Shown: one piece after another, positions 1-12,000 of the stretch
Layout: each line of letters begins with the position of its first letter
How positions within the stretch are numbered: the first letter of the stretch is position 1
NCBI GenBank assembly: GCA_002189035.1
Contig: NEEC01000042.1
Location: 62,001-126,000, forward strand
Direction: 5' to 3'
DNA length: 64,000 nucleotides
DNA from: Utricularia gibba
Taxonomy: Eukaryota; Plantae; Magnoliophyta
The notes under the pieces: model-generated
Seen by the model: only the letters and a program-made list of their open reading frames with translations
Databases searched by the model: none
What the model was told of the DNA's origin: nothing
Made by a program: the position numbers and the translations under genes

Positions 1-3000
1 ATGCATTTGTTTAAATTACGATATCACGTGCACCCTACATGATTTTTTCAACAACTTACTTTATACTTTAGGAGGTGGTGTTCCGAGGCAACAGGAACGG
101 AAAAAGGTCAGCTTAGGTTTGGGCCGAAAGTAAGTTGTAGCCCGGCAAAGAAAGTGATGTATTTATTAACATTCAGTTTTCGGGGGCTGCCTACATGGTT
201 TTTCAAGGAACATATTCTCGTTTTTTGGCGGCTAGTCTCATTGGGAACTGGTCCTAGACCCCGATTCTGTATGGCTCATGGGGTCAACCGGATGCAAATC
301 GATGAATACAATGATGCATTTGTTTAAATTGCGATATCACGTGCACCCTACATCATTTTTTCAACAACGTACTTTATACTTGAGGAGGTGGTCTTGGGGG
401 GGAGAGGAACCGGACAAAGGTTAGCATAGGCTTTGGTCGAAAGTAAGTTGTAGCCCGGCAAAGAAAAGTGATATATGTATTTACGTTCGGTTTTCGGGGA
501 TGCTTACATGGTTTTTCAAGGAACAACTTCTCCTTTAGTGGCGGCCAGTCTCGCTAGGAACTTGGTCCGGGCCCCTGATTCTTTATGGCTCAAGAGGACA
601 AAAGGATGCAAATCGATGAATACAATGATGCATTTGTTTAAATTACGATATCACGTGCACCCTACATGATTTTTTCAACAACGTACTTTATACTTGAAGA
701 GGCGGTCTTGGGGTGCACCTAGAACGGGACAAAGGTCAGGTTGGGCTTTGCCAGAGAGTTAGTTGTAGCCCGGCAAAGAAAGTGATGTATTTATTAACGT
801 TCGGTTTTCGGGTTGCCTACATGGTTTTTCAAGGAAAAGCTTTTCGTTTTGTGGCGGCTGCTCTCGCTGGGAACTTTGTCCGGGCCCCCGATCCTATATG
901 GCTCATGAGGTCAACCAGATGCAAATCGATGAAGACAAGCATGCTTTTTTTTAAATTACGATATCACGTGCACCCCACATGATTTTTTCAACAACTTACT
1001 TTATACTTGAGAAGGCGGTCTTGGGTGCACCAAGAACGGGACAAAGGTAAGGTTTGGCTTGGGCCGAAAGTAAGTTGTAGTCTTGCAAATAAAGTGATGT
1101 ATTTATTAACGTTCGGTTTTCGGAAGCTGCCTAAATGCTTTTTGAAAGAACATCTTCTCGTTTTTTGGCGGCCAGTCTCGCTGGGAACTTGGTCCTTGAC
1201 CCCGGTTCTATATCGTTCATGGGGTCAATCGGATGTAAATCGATGAAAAAAAATGATGCATTTGTTTAAATTACGATATCACGTGCACCCTACATGATTT
1301 TTTCAACAACTTACTTTATACTTGAGGAGGTGGTCTTGGGGGGCAAGAGGAACCGGACAAAGGTCAGCTTAGGCTTGGCCGAAAGTAAGTTGTAGCCCGG
1401 CAAAGAAAGTGATGTATTTATTAACATTCAGTTTTCGGGGCTGCCTACATGGTTTTTCAAGGAACATATTCTCGTTTTTTGGCGGCTAGTCTCATTGGGA
1501 ACCTGGTCCTAGACCCCGATTCTGTATGGCTCATGGGGTCAACCGGATGCAAATCGATGAATACAATGATGCATTTGTTTAAATTGCGATATCACGTGCA
1601 CCCTACATCATTTTTTCAACAACGTACTTTATACTTGAGGAGGTGGTCTTGGGGGGAGAGGAACCGGACAAAGGTTAGCATAGGCTTTGGTCGAAAGTAA
1701 GTTGTAGCCCGGCAAAGAAAAGTGATATATGTATTTACGTTCGGTTTTCGGGGATGCTTACATGGTTTTTCAAGGAACAGCTTCTCCTTTAGTGGCGGCC
1801 AGTCTCGCTAGGAACTTGGTCCGGGCCCCTGATTCTTTATGGCTCATGAGGTCAAAAGGATGCAAATCGATGAATACAATGATGCATTTGTTTAAATTAC
1901 GATATCACGTGCACTCCACATCATTTTTTCAACAACTTACTTATACTTGATGAGGTGGTCTTGGGAGGCAAGAGGAACCGGACAAAGGTCAGCTTAGGCT
2001 TGGGCCGAAAGTAAGTTATAGCCCGGCAAATAAAGTGAAGTATTTATTAACGTTCGGTTTTCGAGGTTGCCTACATGGTTTTTCAAGGAACAACTTCTCC
2101 TTTAGTGGCGGCTAGTCTCGCTAGGAACTTGGTCCGGGCCCCTGATTCTTTATGGCTAAAGAGGACAAAAGGATGCAAATCGATGAATACAATGATGCAT
2201 TTGTTTAAATTACGATATCACGTGCACCCCACATCATTTTTTCAACAACTTACTTTATACTTGAAGAGGCGGTCTTGGGGTGCACCTAGAACGGGACAAA
2301 GGTCAGGTTGGGCTTTGCCAGAGAGTTAGTTGTAGCCCGGCAAAGAAAGTGATGTATTTATTAACGTTCGGTTTTCGGGGTTGCCTACATGGTTTTTCAA
2401 CGAAAAGCTTCTCGTTTTGTGGCGGCCGCTCTCGCAGGGAACTTGGTCCGGGCCCCGATGCTATATGGCTCATGAGGTCAACCAGATGCAAATCGATGAA
2501 GACAAGCATGCTTTTTTTTTAGTTACGATATCACGTGCAGCCCACATGCTTTTTTCAACAATTTACTTTATACTTGAGGAGGCGGTCTTGGGGTGCACCT
2601 GGAACGGGATAAAGGTCAGCTTAGGCTTGGGCCGAAAGAAAGTTGTAGCCCGGCAAAGAAAGTGATGTATTTATTAAGGTTCGGTTTTCAGTGTTGCCAA
2701 CATGGTTTTTCAAGGAACAGCTTCTCGTTTTGTGGCGGCCAATATCGCAAGGAACTTGGTCCGGGCGCCTGATTCTTTATGGCTCATGAGGACAAAAGTA
2801 TGCAAATCGACGAAAAAAATGATGCATTTGTTTAAATTACGATATCACGTGCACCCTACATGATTTTTTCAACAACTTACTTTATACTTGAGAAGGCAGT
2901 CTTGGGGTGCACCAGGAACGGGACAAAGGTCAAGTTTGGCTTGCACCGAGAGTTAGTTGTAGCCCGGCAAATAAAGTGATGTATTTATTAACGTTCGATT

Positions 3001-6000
3001 TTCGGAAGCTGCCTAAATGCTTTTTGAAAGAACATCTTCTCGTTTTTTGGCGGCCAGTCTCGCTGGGAACTTGGTCCTTGACCCCGTTCTATATGGCTTA
3101 TGGGGTCAACCGGATGCAAATCGATGAAAAAAAATGATGTATTTGTTTAAATTATGATATCACGTGCACCCTCCATGATTTTTTCAACAACTTACTTTAT
3201 GAGTGAGTTTTATCTCGGCAAAGAAAGTGATGTATTTATTAACGTTCGGTTTTCGGGGTTGCCTACATGGTTTTTAAAGGAACAGCTTCTCGTTTTGTGG
3301 CGGCCTGTATCGCAAGGAACTTCGTCCGGCCCCCTAATTTTTTATGGCTCATGAGGACAAAAGGATGCAAATCGATGAATACAATGATGCATTTGTTTAA
3401 ATTACGATATCACGTGCACCCTACATGATTTTTTCAACAACTTACTTTATACTTTAGGAGGTGGTGTTCCGGGCAACAGGAACGGAAAAAGGTCAGCTTA
3501 GGTTTGGGCCGAAAGTAAGTTGTAGCCCGGCAAAGAAAGTGATGTATTTATTAACATTCAGTTTTCGGGGGCTGCCTACATGGTTTTTCAAGGAACATAT
3601 TCTCGTTTTTTGGCGGCTAGTCTCATTGGGAACCTGGTCCTAGACCCCGATTCTGTATGGCTCATGGGGTCAACCGGATGCAAATCGATGAATACAATGA
3701 TGCATTTGTTTAAATTGCGATATCACGTGCACCCTACATCATTTTTTCAACAACGTACTTTATACTTGAGGAGGTGGTCTTGGGGGGGGAGGAACCGGAC
3801 AAAGGTTAGCATAGGCTTTGGTCGAAAGTAAGTTGTAGCCCGGCAAAGAAAGTGATATATGTATTACGTTCGGTTTTCGGGGTGCTTACATGGTTTTTCA
3901 AGGAACAACTTCTCCTTTAGTGGCGGCCAGTCTCGCTAGGAACTTGGTCCGGGCCCCTGATTCTTTATGGCTCAAGAGGACAAAAGGATGCAAATCGATG
4001 AATACAATGATGCATTTGTTTAAATTACGATATCACGTGCACCCACATGATTTTTTCAACAACGTACTTTATACTTGAAGAGGCGGTCTTGGGGTGCACC
4101 TAGAACGGGACAAAGGTCAGGTTGGGCTTTGCCAGAGAGTTAGTTGTAGCCCGGCAAAGAAAGTGATGTATTTATTAACGTTCGGTTTTCGGGGTTGCCT
4201 ACATGGTTTTTCAAGGAAAAGCTTCTCGTTTTGTGGCGGCTGCTCTCGCTGGGAACTTGTCCGGGCCCCCGATCCTATATGGCTCATGAGGTCAACCAGA
4301 TGCAAATCGATGAAGACAAGCATGCTTTTTTTTAAATTACGATATCACGTGCACCCCACATGATTTTTTCAACAACTTACTTTATACTTGAGAAGGCGGT
4401 CTTGGGTGCACCAAGAACGGGACAAAGGTCAGGTTTGGCTTGGGCCGAAAGTAAGTTGTAGCCCGGCAAATAAAGTGATGTATTTATTAACGTTCGGTTT
4501 TCGGGCTGCCTAAATGCTTTTTGAAAGAACATCTTCTCGTTTTTTGGCGGCCAGTCTCGCTGGGAACTTGGTCCTTGACCCCGGTTCTATATCGTTCATG
4601 GGTCAATCGGATGTAAATCGATGAAAAAAATGATGCATTTGTTTAAATTACGATATCACGTGCACCCCACATCATTTTTTCAACAACTTACTTTATACTT
4701 GAGAGGCGGTCTTGGGGGCAAGAACGGGACAAAGGTCAGGTTGGGCTTTGCCGAAAGTAGTTGTAGCCCGGCAAAGAAAGTGATGTATTTATTAACGTTC
4801 GGTTTTCGGGTTGCCTACATGGTTTTTCAAGGAAAAGCTTCTCGTTTTGTGGCGGCTGCTCTCGCTGGGAACTTGGTCCGGGCCCCGATTCTATATGGCT
4901 CATGAGGTCAACCAGATGCAAATCGATGAATACAATGATGCATTTGTTTAAATTACGATATCACGTGCACCCTACATCATTTTTTCAACAACTTACTTTA
5001 TACTTGAGAGGCGGTCTTGGGGTGCACCTAGAACGGGACAAAGGTCAGGTTGGGCTTTGCCAGAGAGTTAGTTGTAGCCCGGCAAAGAAAGTGATGTATT
5101 TATTAACGTTCGGTTTTCGGGGTTGCCTACATGGTTTTTCAAGAAAAGCTTCTCGTTTTGTGGCGGCTGCTCTCGGGGAACTTGGTCCGGGCCCCCGATT
5201 CTATATGGCTCATGAGGTCAACCAGATGCAAATCGATGAAACAAGCATGCTTTTTTTTTAATTACGATATCACGTGCACCCACATGATTTTTTCAACAAC
5301 TTACTTTATACTTGAGGAGGCGGTCTTGGGGTGCACCTGAACGGGATAAAGGTCAGGTTGGGCTTTGCCAGAGAGTTAGTTGTAGCCCGGCAAAGAAAGT
5401 GATGTATTTATTAACGTTCGGTTTTCGGGGTTGCCTACATGGTTTTTCAAGGAACAGCTTCTCGTTTTGTGGCGGCCAGTCTCGCTAGGAACTTGGTCCG
5501 GGCCCCGATTCTTTATGGCTCATGAGGACAAAAGGATGCAAATCGATGAATACAATGATGCATTTGTTTAAATTACGATATCACGTGCACCCCACATCAT
5601 TTTTTCAACAACGTACTTTATACTTGAAGAGGCGGTCTTGGGGTGCACCTAGAACGGGACAAAGGTCAGGTTGGGCTTTGCCAGAGAGTTAGTTGTAGCC
5701 CGGCAAAGAAAGTGATGTATTTATTAACGTTCGGTTTTCGGGGTTGCCTACATGGTTTTTCAACGAAAAGCTTCTCGTTTTGTGGCGGCTGCTCTCGCTG
5801 GGAACTTGGTCGGGCCCCCGATCCTATATGGCTCATGAGGTCAACCAGATGCAAATCGATGAAGACAAGCATGCTTTTTTTTAAATTACGATATCACGTG
5901 CACCCCACATGATTTTTTCAACAACTTACTTTATACTTGAGAAGGCGGTCTTGGGGTGCACCAAGAACGGGACAAAGGTCAGGTTTGGCTTGCACCGAGA

Positions 6001-9000
6001 GTTAGTTGTAGCCCGGCAAATAAAGTGATGTATTTATTAACGTTCGGTTTTCGGGCTGCCTAAATGCTTTTTGAAAGAACATCTTCTCGTTTTTTGGCGG
6101 CCAGTCTCGCTGGGAACTTGGTCCGACCCCGGTTCTGTATCGCTCATGGGGTCAATCGGATGTAAATCGATGAAAAAAAATGATGCATTTGTTTAAATTA
6201 CGATATCACGTGCACCCACATCATTTTTTCAACAACGTACTTATACTTGAGGAGGTGGTCTTGGGGGGAGGGGAACCGGACAAAGGTTTGCATAGGCTTG
6301 GGCCGAAAGTAAGTTGTAGCCCGGCAAAGAAAGTGAAGTATTTATTAACGTTCGGTTTTCGGATTGCCTACATGGTTTTTCAAGGAACAACTTCTCCTTT
6401 AGTGGCGGCCAGTCTCGCTAGGAACTTGGTCCGGGCCCCTGATTCTTTATGGCTCAAGAGGACAAAAGGATGCAAATCGATAAATACAATGATGCATTTG
6501 ATTAAATTACGATATCACGTGCACCCCACATCATTTTTTCAACAACTTACTTTATACTTGAAGAGGCGGTCTTGGGGTGCACCTAGAACGGGACAAAGGT
6601 CAGGTTGGGCTTTGCCAGAGAGTTTGTTGTAGCCCGGCAAAGAAAGTGATGTATTTATTAACGTTCGGTTTTCGGGGTTGCCTACATGGTTTTTCAACGA
6701 AAGCTTCTCGTTTTGTGGCGGCCGCTCTCGCAGGGAACTTGGTCCGGGCCCCCGATCTATATGGCTCATGAGGTCAACCAGATGCAAATCGATGAAGACA
6801 AGCATGCTTTTTTTTTTAATTACGATATCACGTGCAGCCCACATGATTTTTTCAACAACTTACTTTATACTTGAGGAGGCGGTCTTGGGTGCACCTGGAA
6901 CGGGATAAAGGTCAGGTTGGGTTTGCCAGAGAGTTAGTTGTAGCCCGCAAAGAAAGTGTTGTATTTATTAACGTTCGGTTTTCGGGGTTGCCTACATGGT
7001 TTTTCAAGAAAAGCTTCTCGTTTTGTGGCGGCCGCTCTCGCAGGGAACTTGGTCCGGGCCCCCGATTCTATGGCTCATGAGGTCAAAGATGCAAATCGAT
7101 GAAGACAAGATGCTTTTTTTTAATTACGATATCACGTGCACCCCACATCATTTTTTCAACAACGTACTTTATACTTGAAGAGGCGGTCTTGGGGTGCACC
7201 TAGAACGGGACAAAGGTCAGGTTGGGCTTTGCCAGAGAGTTAGTTGTAGCCCGGCAAAGAAAGTGATGTATTTATTAACGTTCGGTTTTCGGGGTTGCCT
7301 ACATGGTTTTTCAACGAAAAGCTTCTCGTTTTGTGGCGGCTGCTCTCGCTGGGAACTTGGTCCGGGCCCCCGATCCTATATGGCTCATGAGGTCAACCAG
7401 ATGCAAATCGATGAAGACAAGCATGCTTTTTTTTAAATTACGATATCACGTGCACCCCACATGATTTTTTCAACAACTTACTTTATACTTGAGAAGGCGG
7501 TCTTGGGTGCACCAAGAACGGGACAAAGGTAAGGTTTGGCTTGGGCCGAAAGTAAGTTGTAGCCCGCAAATAAAGTGATGTATTTATTAACGTTCGGTTT
7601 TCGGAAGCTGCCTAAATGCTTTTTGAAAGAACATCTTCTCGTTTTTTGGCGGCCAGTCTCGCTGGGAACTTGGTCCTTGACCCCGGTTCTATATCGGTGG
7701 GGTCAATCGGATGTAAATCGATGAAAAAAATGATGCATTTGTTTAAATTACGATATCACGTGCACCCTCATGATTTTTTCAACAACTTACTTATACTTGA
7801 GAGGTGGTCTTGGGGGAAGAGGAACGGGAAAAAGGTTAGCTTAGGCTTGGCCGAAAGTAAGTTGTAGCCCGCAAATAAAGTGATGTATTTATTAAGGTTC
7901 GGTTTTCGGGGTTGCCTACATGGTTTTTTAAGGAACATCTTCTCGTTTTGTGGCGGCCAGTCTCACTGGGAACTTGGTCGGACCCCGATTCTGTATGGCT
8001 CATGGGGTCAACCGGATGCAAATCGATGAAAAAAAATGATGCATTTGTTTAAATTACGATATCACGTGCACCCTACATGATTTTTTCAAAACGTACTTTA
8101 TACTTGAGGGGGTGGTCTTGGGGGGCAAGAGAACGGACAAAGGTCATCATAGGCTTTGGCCGAAAGTAAGTTGTAGCCCGGCAAAGAAAGTGATGTATTA
8201 TTAACGTTCGGTTTTCGGGGTTGCTTACATGGTTTTTCAAGGAACAACTTCTCCTTTAGTGGCGGCCAGTCTCGCTAGGAACTTGGTCCGGGCCCCTGAT
8301 CTTTATGGCTCATGAGGACAAAAGGATGCAAATCGATGAATACAATGATGCATTTGTTAAATTACGATATCACGTGCACCCTACATCATTTTTTCAACAA
8401 CTACTTTATACTTGAGGAGGTGGTCTTGGGGGGCAAGAGGAACCGGACAAAGGTCAGCTTAGGCTTGGGCCGAAAGTAAGTTGTAGCCCGGCAAAGAAAG
8501 TGATGTATTTATTAACGTTCGGTTTTCGGGGTTGCCGACATGGTTTTTCAAGGAACAGCTTCTCGTTTTGTGGCGGCCAGTCTCACTAGGAATTTGGTCC
8601 GGCCCCTGATTCTTTATGGCTCAAGAGGACAAAAGGATGCAAATCGATGAATACAATGATGCATTTGTTTAAATTACGATATCACGTGCACCCCACATCA
8701 TTTTTTCAACAACTTACTTTATACTTGAAGAGGCGGTCTTGGGGTGCACCTAGAACGGGACAAAGGTCAGGTTGGGCTTTGCCAGAGAGTTAGTTGTAGC
8801 CCGGCAAAGAAAGTGATGTATTTATTAACGTTCGGTTTTCGGGGTTGCCTACATGGTTTTTCAACGAAAAGCTTCTCGTTTTGTGGCGGCCGCTCTCGCA
8901 GGGAACTTGGTCCGGGCCCCCGATGCTATATGGCTCATGAGGTCAACCAGATGCAAATCGATGAAGACAAGCATGCTTTTTTTTTAGTTACGATATCACG

Positions 9001-12000
9001 TGCAGCCCACATGATTTTTCAACAACTTACTTTATACTTGAGAAGGCGGTCTTGGGTGCACCAAGAACGGGACAAAGGTCAGGTTTGGCTTGCCCGAGAG
9101 TTAGTTGTAGCCCGGCAAATAAAGTGATGTATTTATTAACGTTCGGTTTTCGGAAGCTGCCTAAATGCTTTTTGAAAGAACATCTTCTCGTTTTTGGCGG
9201 CCAGTCTCGCTGGGAACTTGGTCCTTGACCCCGGTTCTATATCGCTCATGGGGTCAATCGGATGTAAATCGATGAAAAAAAATGATGCATTTGTTTAAAT
9301 TACGATATCACGTGCACCCCCATGATTTTTTAAAACTTACTTTATACTTGAGAGGTGGTCTTGGGGGCAAGAGGAACCGGAAAAAGGTCAGCTTAGGCTT
9401 GGGACGAAGTAAGTTGTAGCCCGGCAAAGAAAGTGAAGTATTTATTAACGTTCGTTTTCGGGTTGCCTACATGGTTTTTCAAGGAACAACTTCTCCTTTA
9501 GTGGCGGCCAGTCTCACTAGGAACTTGGTCTGGGCCCCTGATTCTTTATGGCTCAAGAGGACAAAAGGATGCAAATCGATGAATACAATGATGCATTTGT
9601 TTTAATTACGATATCACGTGCACCCCACATCATTTTTTCAACAACGTACTTTATACTTGAGGAGGTGGTCTTGGGGGGGGGAAACGGACAAAGGTTTGCA
9701 TAGGCTTGGGCCGAAAGTAAGTTGTAGCCCGGCAAAGAAAGTGAAGTATTTATTAACGTTCGGTTTTCGGATTGCCTACATGGTTTTTCAAGGAACAACT
9801 TCTCCTTTAGTGGCGGCCAGTCTCGCTAGGAACTTGGTCCGGGCCCCTGATTCTTTATGGCTCAAGAGGACAAAAGGATGCAAATCGATGAATACAATAA
9901 TGCATTTGTTTAAATTACGATATCACGTGCACCCCACATCATTTTTTCAACAACTTACTTTATACTTGAGGGCGGTCTTGGGGTGCACCTAGAACGGGAC
10001 AAAGGTCAGGTTGGGCTTTGCCAGAGAGTTAGTTGTAGCCCGGCAAAGAAAGTGATGTATTTATTAACGTTCGGTTTTCCGGGTTGCCTACATGGTTTTT
10101 CAAGGAAAAGCTTCTCGTTTTGTGGCGGCTGCTCTCGCTGGGAACTTGGTCCGGGCCCCGATTCTATATGGCTCATGAGGTCAACCAGATGCAAATCGAT
10201 GAATAAATGATGCATTTGTTTAAATTACGATATCACGTGCACCCACATCATTTTTTCAACAACTTACTTTATACTTGAGCAGGTGGTCTTGGGGGGCAAG
10301 AGGAACCGGACAAAGGTCAGCATAGGCTTTGGCCGAAAGTAAGTTGTAGCCCGGCAAAGAAAGTGATGTATTATTAACGTTCGTTTTCGGGGTTGCTTAC
10401 ATGGTTTTTCAAGGAACAACTTCTCCTTTAGTGGCGGCCAGTCCCGCTAGGAACTTGGTCCGGGCCCCTGATTCTTTATGGCTCATGAGGACAAAAGGAT
10501 GCAAATCGATGAATACAATGATGCATTTGTTTAAATTACGATATCACGTGCACCCCACATCATTTTTTCAACAACTTACTTTATACTTGAAGAGGCGGTC
10601 TTGGGGTGCACCTAGAACGGGACAAAGGTCAGGTTGGGCTTTGCCAGAGAGTTAGTTGTAGCCCGGCAAAGAAAGTGATGTATTTATTAACGTTCGGTTT
10701 TCGGGGTTGCCTACATGGTTTTTCAACGAAAAGCTTCTCGTTTTGTGGCGGCCGCTCTCGCAGGGAACTTGGTCCGGGCCCCCGATGCTATATGGCTCAT
10801 GAGGTCAACCAGATGCAAATCGATGAAGACAAGCATGCTTTTTTTTTAATTACGATATCACGTGCAGCCCACATGATTTTTTCAACAACTTACTTTATAC
10901 TTGAGAAGGCGGTCTTGGGTGCACCAAGAACGGGACAAAGGTCAGGTTTGGCTTGCACCGAGAGTTAGTTGTAGCCCGGCAAATAAAGTGATGTATTTAT
11001 TAACGTTCGGTTTTCGGAAGCTGCCTAAATGGTTTTTGAAAGAACATCTTCTCGTTTTTTGGCGGCCAGTCTCGCTGGGAACTTGGTCCTTGACCCCGGT
11101 TCTATATCGCTCATGGGGTCAATCGGATGTAAATCGATGAAAAAAATGATGCATTTGTTTAAATTACGATATCACGTGCACCCACCATCATTTTTTCAAC
11201 AACGTACTTTATACTTGAGGAGGTGGTCTTGGGGGGGAGGGGAACCGGACAAAGGTTGCATAGGCTTGGGCCGAAAGTAAGTTGTAGCCCGGCAAAGAAA
11301 GTGAAGTATTTATTAACGTTCGGTTTTCGAGATTGCCTACATGGTTTTTCAAGGAACAACTTCTCCTTTAGTGGCGGCCAGTCTCGCTAGGAACTTGGTC
11401 CGGGCCCCTGATTCTTTATGGCTCAAGAGGACAAAAGGATGCAAATCGATAAATACAATGATGCATTTGATTAAATTACGATATCACGTGCACCCCACAT
11501 CATTTTTTCAACAACTTACTTTATACTTGAAGAGGCGGTCTTGGGGTGCACCTAGAACGGGACAAAGGTCAGGTTGGGCTTTGCCAGAGAGTTAGTTGTA
11601 GCCCGGCAAAGAAAGTGATGTATTTATTAACGTTCGGTTTTCGGGGTTGCCTACATGGTTTTTCAACGAAAAGCTTCTCGTTTTGTGGCGGCTGCTCTCG
11701 CTGGGAACTTGGTCCGGGCCGATTCTATATGGCTCATGAGGTCAACCAGATGCAAATCGATGAATATAATGATGCATTTGTTTAAATTACGATATCACGT
11801 GCACCCTACATCATTTTTTCAACAACTTACTTTATACTTGAGTAGGTGGTCTTGGGGGGCAAGAGGAACCGGACAAGGTCAGCTTAGGCTTGGGCTGAAA
11901 GTAAGTTGTAGCCCGGCAAAGAAAAGTGATGTATGTATTTACGTTCGGTTTTCGGGGATGCTTACATGGTTTTTCAAGGAACAACTTCTCCTTTAGTGGC

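Noticed and set aside
1-313. Assignment to a named satellite such as rice CentO or maize CentC, or to a species
   Set aside because: The subunit size is similar, but I do not recognise the sequence as either. A database search is needed, so no name is given.
795-815. CENP-B-box-like TTCGGTTTTCGGG in every monomer
   Set aside because: The spacing is TTCG-5-CGGG rather than TTCG-N4-A-N2-CGGG, and plants have no established CENP-B.
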